Assembly (NCBI GenBank): GCA_902779865.1
Contig: CACZDG010000003.1
Span: 3,200-67,199 of the forward strand
Length of the DNA: 64,000 nt
Source of the DNA: an uncultured bacterium
GTDB lineage: Bacteria > Verrucomicrobiota > Kiritimatiellia > RFP12 > UBA1067
Reading direction: 5' to 3'
Under the pieces are notes generated by a model. It saw nothing but the letters and a program-made list of their open reading frames with translations, was not told the origin of the DNA and made no database searches. This document shows positions 1 to 8,386 of the stretch, one piece after another. The first letter of the stretch is position 1. The number at the start of each line of letters is the position of its first letter. The translations under genes and the position numbers were made by a program.

Positions 1-746
1 TTGGTCGACACGGTCACGCGGTCGTCGTAGCGATCGACGTTGACGCGGCGGAGCAAGGCGTCAGTCTTGTAGGCAGGAAACACGTCGCCGATGCAATCAT
101 CCGATCCCAGAAGCAGTACGGCCGCAGCCTTGAAGCCCTTCTTGCCCGACTCGGCATCCACGCCCATCAGTTTCGCGCTCTTGAATATCGCGTCCGCGGA
201 CATCCGACGCCACGGATGTCCGTCTCGCGTCATCTCCTTGATGCGCGGCAGCAAGTCGAGCCGCATGTCCTTTTTCGTCACGTACGGGAAAACCCGCTGC
301 TCGGTAAAGACATGCTGCTTCCGAATGAAAAGTTGCGCAAGAGGCTCCGTCCCCTTCACCCGCACATCCGACTCGTGCACGCGCACGTACGTAGCGCCCT
401 TGAACCGATGGACTTCCGGGCTTTCCGGCACGTGCACATAGATCAGATGCTTGCGCTTGTAAACGATGTGCTCTGGATACAGCTGCGTCGTCGGTTCAAA
501 GAGATTCGGGTCGTTCATCACCTTGACGAAGTTGCGAATCATCGCATTAACCGACTTGGGCGGCAAACCAACGACCGTACCGTCATCGTTAACGCCAAGC
601 AGCAGATCTCCTCCCGCCTTATTGAGAAACGCGCAAACGGACTCGAAGGTGTCGGCCTTCGGCCCGTCGCCTGCACGCTTGAACTCGATGTTCAGGTTTT
701 CGCCAATGGTGAGAAGCGTGTTGATTCTTGATGGCGTGATTTTCAC
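1..746 (-). CDS. AlbA_2/Schlafen-type (divergent-AAA) putative DNA-binding regulator, N-terminal part; 3' end lies off the window
   Basis: Own translation of the minus strand from GTG at 746 (GGAGG 7 nt upstream) stays open to position 1: VKITPSRINTLLTIGENLNIEFKRAGDGPKADTFESVCAFLNKAGGDLLLGVNDDGTVVGL..., the usual AlbA_2 N-terminal signature. Absent from the ORF track because it is truncated by the window edge. Confidence 0.7.
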   Translation of the reverse strand, partial: MKITPSRINTLLTIGENLNIEFKRAGDGPKADTFESVCAFLNKAGGDLLLGVNDDGTVVGLPPKSVNAMIRNFVKVMNDPNLFEPTTQLYPEHIVYKRKHLIYVHVPESPEVHRFKGATYVRVHESDVRVKGTEPLAQLFIRKQHVFTEQRVFPYVTKKDMRLDLLPRIKEMTRDGHPWRRMSADAIFKSAKLMGVDAESGKKGFKAAAVLLLGSDDCIGDVFPAYKTDALLRRVNVDRYDDRVTVST

Positions 747-772
747 GGATTTTCCTCCACGGCAAAGTATAT

Positions 773-956
773 TAGTCTGGAGTGTACGAGCCTCATGGAC
801 TGGGGTGTAAGAGCCTACTAGACTGGGGTGTAAGAGCCTCATGGACTGGGGTGTAAGAGCCTCCTAGACTGGGGTGTAGGAGCGTCCTAGACTGGAGTGT
901 AGGAACGTCCTAGACTAGAGTGTAGGAACGTCTTGGACTGTGGTGTGAGGCGGGGA
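773..956. repeat. 8 tandem copies of a 23-bp unit (approx. TAGACTGGGGTGTAAGAGCCTCC), degenerating toward the right
   Basis: Read directly. Units start at 773, 796, 819, 842, 865, 888, 911 and 934, head to tail with no spacers. Confidence 0.95.
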
Positions 957-1127
957 AGATTACGCCCTGTCACGACCGCCGTGATTCCGTACCGCAATCT
1001 CACGCGCAAGACGCAGTTCATACGCAAGTCGTTCAGGGACGAGTACCTTGAAGACCTCGTGGAGAGCGGCGAACTCGTGGTGAAGTTTGGCGCAAACGGC
1101 GGAGAGGTGTACTTCTCCGAGAGCTGA
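933..1127 (+). CDS. hypothetical small protein (64 aa or less) or gene remnant between the two repeat arrays
   Basis: ORF track. Third codon positions are strongly G/C over ...VIPYRNLTRKTQFIRKSFRDEYLEDLVESGELVVKFGANGGEVYFSES. Start is uncertain and the 5' end overlaps the last 23-bp unit. Confidence 0.3.
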   Translation: MDCGVRRGRLRPVTTAVIPYRNLTRKTQFIRKSFRDEYLEDLVESGELVVKFGANGGEVYFSES

Positions 1128-1131
1128 CGGC

Positions 1132-1351
1132 ACTTCAAGGGACTTCAACAGACTTCAAGGTTTTTGGGCCGGACTTCAAGAAACTTCAAGGAACTTCAAC
1201 GTGAAAAAGGCCCCGAAACGCCCGAAACGGCATTGAAAAATCTTGAAGTTTGGGCGAAAAACCTTGAAGTTTCTTGAAGCCGTTTGAAGCGCAAAATTCT
1301 CGAACCCCTGAAAACAAAGGACGAAATGAGCCTTCTATATAAGACTTCAAG
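1132..1351. repeat. array of 11 copies of the octamer ACTTCAAG / CTTGAAGT (6 direct, 4 inverted, 1 direct), 10-bp phased
   Basis: Direct copies at 1132, 1142, 1152, 1173, 1183, 1193. Inverted copies at 1242, 1263, 1273, 1283. One more direct copy at 1344. A central CCCGAAACG x2 sits at 1211-1229. Confidence 0.9.
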
Positions 1352-1448
1352 AATTCTTCTTCTTTTTTCATTCCCACCCGCGTCTATACCGCGCGCACGC
1401 GCGCGCGTGGGCGCTGAACCGAAAACCGCTTAAAGAAAGTCAAAGAAA

Positions 1449-1676
1449 ATGAAAGACCTCAATGAAACAACCAACACCGCCACCGATGCCGCCAAAACCG
1501 GCCTGGACGCGGATTTCAAGAAGTGTCTGAAGCTGGAGCGCGACCGCGAACGCAGCCGACGCGAATCCGCGCAGGGGAAGTTCGAGGCGTCGCGGAGATG
1601 CCCCACCTGGGATGCCGCTCGGAAGCAGTATTTTGCTCACCTCGAAAAATTGTTGAATTTTTTTTGCGGCCAATAA
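1449..1676 (+). CDS. hypothetical 75-aa protein
   Basis: ORF track. Reasonable G/C at third positions. No recognisable domain and a weak purine-rich RBS. Confidence 0.4.
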   Translation: MKDLNETTNTATDAAKTGLDADFKKCLKLERDRERSRRESAQGKFEASRRCPTWDAARKQYFAHLEKLLNFFCGQ

Positions 1677-1979
1677 ACACAGGGGTGAAAACGACCTTCC
1701 AAGGCCGTCAGAGCCCTTCCTCCACCTCCAAAAACGTGAAAAACCTTCCGTCTGTATAGTGGGGGGTGCGCGATTCCGGAGAGGTTCCGGAGCGATGCGT
1801 CCCCCCGCGATCCAAACAAACAAACCGAAAGGAACGAAACAATGAACAAAGTCAAAACCAAAAACGGCGCGCTCGGTGATTGCGCCATACCTTGAGATCT
1901 TGATTTCCCGTCTCGTCTCATCGCCCACGACGGTTTACATGTGGGCATAAGTTACCGGCACTCTTATACGTTTGGCAAC

Positions 1980-2918
1980 TTAGTTTTGAGATACTTCAGG
2001 TACTGATTGGATTGCCATTACGAGTTTGTGCTCCTCGCCGGGCGCGAGTTCAAGCGGCTTGCCCGGCGGAATCGTCGCAGGCTCCACGCACACGAAACGG
2101 TTCCAGCCGTTCTCGCCGAAATCCTCCACGCGCTCAGCGCTGTCGGGGCCGGGATTCCACACGATGAGCTGTCCGTTACCACGCGAGACCATCGCGATTG
2201 CACGCTTCAGCCCAGGGTCGAGCATCACGTGTTCGTGCTTCTCGACCATGAACACCTTGCTGCCATCGGTGATCGGCGTGTAATCCCCTGTCCAGATGCG
2301 CTCTGCGCCCTTCTCGGGCTCGTTGAAGTCCATGAACGCGCAACCGTCAACACCTCTCACGCTCACGCCCGCGCGCTCCCTCACGAGCAGGTAGGGATGG
2401 AAACCCTCCGTTACCGTGAACGGCGCGTCGCCGGTGTTCTTCGCCGTGAGGCAGAGCGTGAGCTTCATGGACACGCTCACCGTCAGTTCAAGGTCGAAGT
2501 CGTGCGGCCACAGCTTGCGCGTCTCGTCGGAGGAGGCAAGGCCGAGCCTGATTTCCGTGAGGTCTTCGGAATACTCCGTGCCGAGCACGCTCCACACCGA
2601 GTACCGCGCAAGGCCGTGTATCTTCGACCCCGGCGCACCGTTGCGGGCGAACCACGGCCAGCACACTGGTATGCCGCCGTGTATCTCCTGCCCCGCCGGC
2701 GTATCGTCGTACGGATGCGGCATGTAGAGAACCGGCTGGTTCCCCGTCGGCCTGTAGGATATCGTCTGCGCACCGAAGAGCGCAACTTCGGCAGTGCCGT
2801 ACTTGTTCGCCAGGACTACGATCGGGACCCCGTGCTTCGACGGCCGGAACACGATGCGTTCCGGCGCGCCGAAGCGGCGGTTAAGGTCCGCACAGTCTGC
2901 ATTCACCGGTGCTTTCAT
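1980..2918 (-). CDS. D-hexose-6-phosphate mutarotase (aldose 1-epimerase family, YeaD-like)
   Basis: Motifs IHGGIPVCWPWF, IHGLARYSVW and TEGFHPY. Start moved to MKAPVN (2918), which gives an ATGA stop/start overlap with the upstream gene. Confidence 0.8.
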   Translation of the reverse strand: MKAPVNADCADLNRRFGAPERIVFRPSKHGVPIVVLANKYGTAEVALFGAQTISYRPTGNQPVLYMPHPYDDTPAGQEIHGGIPVCWPWFARNGAPGSKIHGLARYSVWSVLGTEYSEDLTEIRLGLASSDETRKLWPHDFDLELTVSVSMKLTLCLTAKNTGDAPFTVTEGFHPYLLVRERAGVSVRGVDGCAFMDFNEPEKGAERIWTGDYTPITDGSKVFMVEKHEHVMLDPGLKRAIAMVSRGNGQLIVWNPGPDSAERVEDFGENGWNRFVCVEPATIPPGKPLELAPGEEHKLVMAIQSVPEVSQN

Positions 2919-4924
2919 CGCGCGAAAGGCCACACTTTGAAATACCAGCATGCCACAGCAGCCGCGCCGAGCGCGACTACCAGCAGAAGCAGCACCCACT
3001 TGACCCAGCCGTACTTCGCGTACGGATCACGGGCTACTGCCGCGCCAACGGGCATTGTAGCGGGACGCGTGAACGTTCGCGCGAGGCCGAGCGAGAAGTA
3101 GAGCGGACGGTTCACCGCCCAGCCGCATGCGTTCAGGATCGCGCCGAGGTCGCGGGCGCGCAGCTTGAACCACGTGAGGATCACGCTGGGAAGCGACACG
3201 AGAAGTATGATCGCCGCAACGCCCGCGAGAACCTTCCACGCCGGAAGTCCCGCGACGAGGCCAATAAGCCCCGCACACGCCGCTCCTGCCATGCCCACGC
3301 CCACGCCGAGCGCCGCAACGGAACTCGCAATCGCGGCGCCGTTCGCCGTCGGCGCTGATTGAGCCGCAGGGGCCGCCGCCGCCGTCACACCGTCGCCAAC
3401 CTTCGCAACTGCTGCGTCCTGCTTCGACGAGAGGAACTTCTTGCACTGCTCCGCAATCGTTGTGCCGATCTTCACCCAAGGTGCCCAGAACGCCTCCTTG
3501 AGCGAAACCTGCGATTCTATGACCTTGGCGACGACTGCATCCCAGTCGTTGCCGTCGCAATCGTAGAAGATGCCGTTCCGGCCCGCGTAAAGCGAGGAGG
3601 TGTATCCAGCCGTGATGACGGCGCACACCTCCCGCGTCTCGCCTGTGGCCCTGCGCGTAAGCTTCGCGTAGAGGAGACAGCACTTCGACCGCTCGGCAAG
3701 CGCAGAGTGCGCGCCTTCGTCCGCAACGTGGAAACAGAGTTCGCACGCGCGCCCGTCGATATAGAGGGTGCCGGTGCGAAACACGCAGTCGCGTTCGGTG
3801 TCGTAGAGATTGGCCTGGTTGACGTAGTTGCAGAGCCACGTGGAGAGGTTCGCGGCGTAACGCAAGGCGCGCTCGCAATCCACGAGGCGGTCGTATTCGC
3901 CCGCAAGCGCGAGGTCCTTCTGGATGAGGTCGTTCACCTTCGCCTGCATCTTGCCGTCCTTGACGAGCGCGGCAAGGGCGTCGTCGCCAACGCCCTCCAC
4001 GGACGCACCCGCCTTAGATCCGACCCATGCGGCGTACGGCGCGAACTTCGCCTTCACGACGGCCCAGTCGTCGCGGGAGAGCTTCTCGGCCGTCTCCACG
4101 CCGAGCGCGGGAGCGACGGCGACCTTGGCGAACTCGCGGAACTTGCCGAGCCACAGCGGATGCACGCCCTGCGTGAGCGGCAGTTCGATGTCGGGCTCGT
4201 TCGTGACAAGCGGCATGTCCTCGGGCGGCGTGAAGAACTCATCGATCTTCTCCTCCACCGCCTGCAGCGCCGCGTAGCCTGCCGCCGTACCGTCGCCGAT
4301 CACGGCGGCTGCGCCCGCGCCGGCCTTCCACGCGAGGTACGCCGCCGCGTCCGCGAAGAAAGCGTCCGCAGTCGCCTGGTCAACGCCCGCCTCGCCGCTG
4401 CGGTCCGGCACGCCGCCGGTGCATGAGACGATCGAGGCAACCGCGGCAGAGACGTCAGCGTCGGACGTGGACTTCGCCGTAACGACGCCGTCCCCGTTGA
4501 ACGGCTGGGCGTTGAAGATGTCCTTCGTGCTCATCACGTCGGCAAGCGCGATTTCGGACGACTCCGCCTTGTCCGCACGGAGAAGGATGTTCTTGAACGA
4601 TTTAAGAAGCGCCTTGCCTTCGTCGGTCGAATCGTCGATGTTGGAAAGCGCGAGAGCGTCCTTGCCCGCGAACAGGAAGTCGAGGCTCTTGAAACGCACC
4701 TTCATCCATTCGACTGCGGCGCGGACTTCCGGCACGCGGATGCGCCCGTCGCCATCGGAGTCGAGCAGCTTGAGCGTTGCGGGGTCGAATCTGAGACCGT
4801 CGGTGGAGGCCGCAAGGACCGTCCACAGCTTCTGGTCAAGTTCCTTGAGCGCCGCGAGGTCTTCGCCCTTCTCAAGCTTCACCTGCACGCAGCGTGCGGA
4901 CTTGAAAAATTTCCACTTGTACAT
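2915..4924 (-). CDS. EF-hand (DSDGDGRIRVPE) containing membrane protein, conserved hypothetical
   Basis: ORF track. Start set at MYKWKFF (AAGGAA RBS 8 nt upstream). One canonical Ca-binding loop near the N-terminus. C-terminal Gly/Ala-rich TM helices. Confidence 0.7.
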   Translation of the reverse strand: MYKWKFFKSARCVQVKLEKGEDLAALKELDQKLWTVLAASTDGLRFDPATLKLLDSDGDGRIRVPEVRAAVEWMKVRFKSLDFLFAGKDALALSNIDDSTDEGKALLKSFKNILLRADKAESSEIALADVMSTKDIFNAQPFNGDGVVTAKSTSDADVSAAVASIVSCTGGVPDRSGEAGVDQATADAFFADAAAYLAWKAGAGAAAVIGDGTAAGYAALQAVEEKIDEFFTPPEDMPLVTNEPDIELPLTQGVHPLWLGKFREFAKVAVAPALGVETAEKLSRDDWAVVKAKFAPYAAWVGSKAGASVEGVGDDALAALVKDGKMQAKVNDLIQKDLALAGEYDRLVDCERALRYAANLSTWLCNYVNQANLYDTERDCVFRTGTLYIDGRACELCFHVADEGAHSALAERSKCCLLYAKLTRRATGETREVCAVITAGYTSSLYAGRNGIFYDCDGNDWDAVVAKVIESQVSLKEAFWAPWVKIGTTIAEQCKKFLSSKQDAAVAKVGDGVTAAAAPAAQSAPTANGAAIASSVAALGVGVGMAGAACAGLIGLVAGLPAWKVLAGVAAIILLVSLPSVILTWFKLRARDLGAILNACGWAVNRPLYFSLGLARTFTRPATMPVGAAVARDPYAKYGWVKWVLLLLVVALGAAAVACWYFKVWPFAR

Positions 4925-4957
4925 TGTAACGTTCCTTGGATTTCCGCTCGGCAACGC

Positions 4958-6214
4958 TTACGCTCCGAGGTCCTTCATCGTGACAACGGGAATATCCTTC
5001 GCACGTGCCGCAGTCATCGGCTTGAGCGCGGATGCGTCGAAGGCGTAGCCGTTCTCGCCGAGCGGCCACACGACCGGAGCCGTGTTGAGGATCGTCGCAC
5101 GGAAGCCCTGCATCGTGGCGCCCATGTTGCCGGTGTGGGACGAGTTGCAGCCCTCGTTCTCGATCACGAACGGGTACTTGTAGCCCTTTGCCATCAAGGT
5201 TTCGAGGAACTTCGTCCAGTCGCACGAATCGCTACCGCCGAAGCCGGGCAGGCGCGGCTCGTAGTTCATGCGGTCCCAGTTGCCGCCCTGTGCATCGGGC
5301 GCAAGCGCGGGGAGTCCGGCCTTCGCGGCAAGCGCGTCGTTCACGCGCTGGCGCGGGAAGAGGCGGCCCCAGTTGATCGCTTCGGCGTCGTTCGGGAAGT
5401 TGCGCGTGCCCTTGATGTGGATGCGGCGGAGCTTCCTGAAGTCCATCGCGTTGATCACGTCCGACGGGTCGATGTGCTGCCAAATGTCGTGCGACGGATC
5501 GTACGTCTCCTGGAGGTTCGAGCTGTCGTCGAGGATCGCGTACATCAGCTTGCGCGCGGCGAGACAGCCGGGGAGGTTGCAGTAGCACACGGGCGACGAA
5601 GCCGGCACCCACCCTTCCATCGGGCAGTTCTCGACGCACAGCGTCACTCCGAGGTCCTTCGCGTACTTGAGGATGGGCGTGAACACCTTCTTGAACTTCT
5701 CGAGGTTCTTCTCGAAGCCGCCGTCCTCCGCGCCGAGCTTCTGGTCATAGCCCACGAACGTGCCGCACACGACGTCGTTCGCGTCGCCGCCGAGCATCGC
5801 CGCGATGCGGATGAGCTTGAGGATGTGGTTCTGGTTCGTCTCCTGGAAGGCTCCGCCGATGAGGTTGTCGTATGCACCCACAGAGACGCGCAGGCCCTTC
5901 TCGTTGCACGTGTCGATCACGTACTTCGCCTTCTCGGGCGTGAAGTTCTTGTAGTCGAGGTGCGTGGCTACGTGGTCAGTGCGGTCGGAGTCGCGGCGGA
6001 ACACGCAGAGTTCAAGACCCTGTGCGCCAACGGCGAGCGCGCGCTTCACGACGCCGTCGAAGTCGTCGGCGGGGAATGCCGACGTCATCAGCCAAATGGG
6101 GTTGTTGCCGGGCTTCGGCTTCGCCGCGTGCGCCTCTGCCTTTTTGGCGGCCGTGGCCGCACCCGCCGCCACCGCAAAAGCGGCGGCCGATTTGAAGAAA
6201 TCTCGTCTGTTCAT
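4958..6214 (-). CDS. sugar phosphate isomerase/epimerase (xylose-isomerase-like TIM barrel) with twin-arginine signal
   Basis: MNRRDFFKSAAAFAVAAGAATA Tat motif. Start set at 6214 with a GGAGA RBS. TIM-barrel family look (LELCV..., LCVENCP...). Confidence 0.8.
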   Translation of the reverse strand: MNRRDFFKSAAAFAVAAGAATAAKKAEAHAAKPKPGNNPIWLMTSAFPADDFDGVVKRALAVGAQGLELCVFRRDSDRTDHVATHLDYKNFTPEKAKYVIDTCNEKGLRVSVGAYDNLIGGAFQETNQNHILKLIRIAAMLGGDANDVVCGTFVGYDQKLGAEDGGFEKNLEKFKKVFTPILKYAKDLGVTLCVENCPMEGWVPASSPVCYCNLPGCLAARKLMYAILDDSSNLQETYDPSHDIWQHIDPSDVINAMDFRKLRRIHIKGTRNFPNDAEAINWGRLFPRQRVNDALAAKAGLPALAPDAQGGNWDRMNYEPRLPGFGGSDSCDWTKFLETLMAKGYKYPFVIENEGCNSSHTGNMGATMQGFRATILNTAPVVWPLGENGYAFDASALKPMTAARAKDIPVVTMKDLGA

Positions 6215-6251
6215 TTTTGTTCTCCGTTTTTGGTTGAAAGCGATGTCCATT

Positions 6252-6260
6252 ATTGTACCA
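6252..6260 (-). promoter_or_regulatory. extended -10 element TGGTACAAT upstream of the isomerase gene
   Basis: Reverse complement of ATTGTACCA at 6252-6260. It lies 1 nt from the ORF-track ATG at 6250, which argues for the 6214 start. Confidence 0.4.
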
Positions 6261-6301
6261 TAATTCGCGCCAATACTGAAAACGCTTTTTTAGTAAAGGC
6301 G

Positions 6302-7618
6302 CTAAAGCGAGGACTTCACCATCTCGGCGAAACCGGGGATGGTCGTGAGGTCCATGCCCCAGAAATCCGACTTGCGAAGGATGTCGTCCACGGACGGATT
6401 TGTCTTGAAGTACGCCATCACCTCGGGGCTGTCGTTCACCGCGTCGGTGCGGTAGAACTTGATAAGCGAGGCCATGGAGCCGACAAGTCCCTTCGGCAGG
6501 AATCCCTTCAGCTTGAAGTAGTCGAGGATCGTTGGCAGCACGCGCACCTTCCACTTCGACACGCTGTTGAGGCAGATCGAAAGCAGACGGTGGTTCGCAA
6601 ACGGGTTAGCGAAACGCTCCAGCACGGACTCGGCGTACGCAAGGCGCTCCTCCACGGGAAGCTTGACTGTGGGAAAAATTTCCTCAAATAGGATTTGCCG
6701 GAAGAAATCGTTGAACCTCTTGTCCGCAACCAGCTCGTGTACGAACGTGAACCCGGCGAGATGCCCCTCCAGAACCGTCGCCGTGTGCGCACCGTTGAGG
6801 AAGCGCACCTTGCGCGTGCGGTATGGCTGCATGTCGGGAGTATAAACCACGTTCACGCCCGCCTTCTTCAACGGGAACTCGCTCTCGAGGTCAAAGCCCG
6901 CGTCTGTCGCAGACTTCGGCACTTCAATCACGAAGAAGTGGAACGGTTCGCCGCAAACGAGCACATCGTCGCGTTCGCCCAGCTGTTCGGCGTAACGGGC
7001 TGCGGATTCCTCATCCGGCCGCCCAGCCACGATGCGGTCCACCAGCGTGGAGCAAAACACGCACTCCTTCTCAATCCATTCGGCAAGGGCGGAGTCGCCC
7101 CAGTCGGCTACGTACTGCAGCACGCACTTCTTCAGCGTATCGCCGTTGTGCTCGATCAGCTCGCACGGAATGAAAACGAATCCCGGAAGCCCCGCCTCCA
7201 TGCGGGCCTTCAAGATCAGCGCGACCTTGCGCGGGAATGTATCCGCGTCTTTTTTGTATTCGATGCCGGCCTCAGTCGTGTTGGACACGACGAAACGGAT
7301 CGACGGCGTGCTCCGCACGACGTCCTCCACGGCAGCCCAGTCGCTCTTCGCGTTCAAGACGCCCTTGACGGAGTGGATTTCCTCGATCTGCTCGACCTTG
7401 TGCCCGTCAACGAAACCGCGCAGGCACGTATGGTACGCGCCTCCGCGGGAGTTGATGATTTTGGATGGCGGCGAGAGCTCGTCGCCGATTGGCTGTACGA
7501 TTTGGACGAGTCCGTCAAAGCCGGCGGAGTCGTTCATCCGCTGCACCATCCAGTCGATGAAGCAGCGGAGGAAGTTTCCCTCGCCGAACTGGAGAACCTT
7601 TAACGCCTTGTCGTTCAT
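6302..7618 (-). CDS. uxaB: tagaturonate reductase (altronate oxidoreductase)
   Basis: Collinear with E. coli UxaB motifs: LQFGEGNFLR, VSNTTEAGI, IPCELI.HNGD, FCSTLVDRIV, LNGAHTA, LLSI.LN. Confidence 0.8.
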   Translation of the reverse strand: MNDKALKVLQFGEGNFLRCFIDWMVQRMNDSAGFDGLVQIVQPIGDELSPPSKIINSRGGAYHTCLRGFVDGHKVEQIEEIHSVKGVLNAKSDWAAVEDVVRSTPSIRFVVSNTTEAGIEYKKDADTFPRKVALILKARMEAGLPGFVFIPCELIEHNGDTLKKCVLQYVADWGDSALAEWIEKECVFCSTLVDRIVAGRPDEESAARYAEQLGERDDVLVCGEPFHFFVIEVPKSATDAGFDLESEFPLKKAGVNVVYTPDMQPYRTRKVRFLNGAHTATVLEGHLAGFTFVHELVADKRFNDFFRQILFEEIFPTVKLPVEERLAYAESVLERFANPFANHRLLSICLNSVSKWKVRVLPTILDYFKLKGFLPKGLVGSMASLIKFYRTDAVNDSPEVMAYFKTNPSVDDILRKSDFWGMDLTTIPGFAEMVKSSL

Positions 7619-8313
7619 AGCGGACGGATGCGGATGTTGCGGAAGTACGGCTTGGACTTCCCGTGCATGCCCTGGAAGCCGACCTTGCCCTTCGTGTCAA
7701 GTTCGGCCCACGGACGGCTGAGCCACGACGGGATCTTCGTGCCGTCGGGGTTCGTCTTCGCGCTCGTCCACTGGGAAAGATCGGCGTCAAGCACCTTCTC
7801 GCCATTGCAGATGATCTGGATGTTCTTGCCGCGCGCGAAGACCGTCATGCGGTTCCACTCTCCGGCAGGACGCACGTTCGACTTGGTCGGCGCACAGTGC
7901 CCGTAGAGGGAGGCGTTCCTCATGTACGCCGGGTCCTTCGCCCACTTCTCGGCATAGTCGTCGAGGAGCTGGATTTCCACCGCGTTGGGAACCCACTTCT
8001 TAGTGTTGCAGCAGTAGATGAGCACGCCGGAGTTAGCGCCAGGCTCGAGCTTGTACTCGAAGTCTAGGGCGAAGTTCTCATAGTCGTCCCGCGTCCAGAT
8101 CGCGCCGTCCTTGCCGGACGTAAGAACGCCGTCCTTGGCGCTCCACATGCCAGACGAGGCGTCGAACTGTTCCTCGATGGACTTGGACGGATCGTAGAGC
8201 GCCACCCACGGCGCGGAATCCGAATTCGGATGAGCGCAGAAACAGCAGCACCCGGAACCTAAAACGACCGTTCCGCACGCTGCGGCTACGGCGAGAATTG
8301 AATTGACTTTCAT
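7615..8313 (-). CDS. DUF1080 (3-keto-disaccharide hydrolase-like) secreted/lipoprotein
   Basis: Signal peptide with Cys cluster. C-terminal GFQGMHGKSKPYFRNIRIRPL is typical of DUF1080. ATGA-coupled to uxaB. Confidence 0.8.
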   Translation of the reverse strand: MKVNSILAVAAACGTVVLGSGCCCFCAHPNSDSAPWVALYDPSKSIEEQFDASSGMWSAKDGVLTSGKDGAIWTRDDYENFALDFEYKLEPGANSGVLIYCCNTKKWVPNAVEIQLLDDYAEKWAKDPAYMRNASLYGHCAPTKSNVRPAGEWNRMTVFARGKNIQIICNGEKVLDADLSQWTSAKTNPDGTKIPSWLSRPWAELDTKGKVGFQGMHGKSKPYFRNIRIRPL

Positions 8314-8339
8314 TGCGATTTTCCTTTACTGTTTTTCAT

Positions 8340-8386
8340 TGGAGCCGGCAGAGGGATTCGAACCCCCGACCAGCGGTTTACAAAAC
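8340..8386. repeat. att repeat, left copy (displaced 3' part of tRNA-Thr)
   Basis: TGGAGCCGGCAGAGGGATTCGAACCCCCGACCAGCGGTTTACAAAAC is identical to 57677-57723. Confidence 0.95.

Noticed and set aside
773-956. Possible CRISPR array
   Set aside because: The 23-bp units are contiguous with no spacers, and no cas genes are nearby. It is a plain tandem repeat.
1186-1377. 63-aa minus-strand ORF
   Set aside because: It is composed almost entirely of the ACTTCAAG repeat array read in one frame (the FKKLQGFSPKLQDF pattern). This is a repeat-generated ORF.
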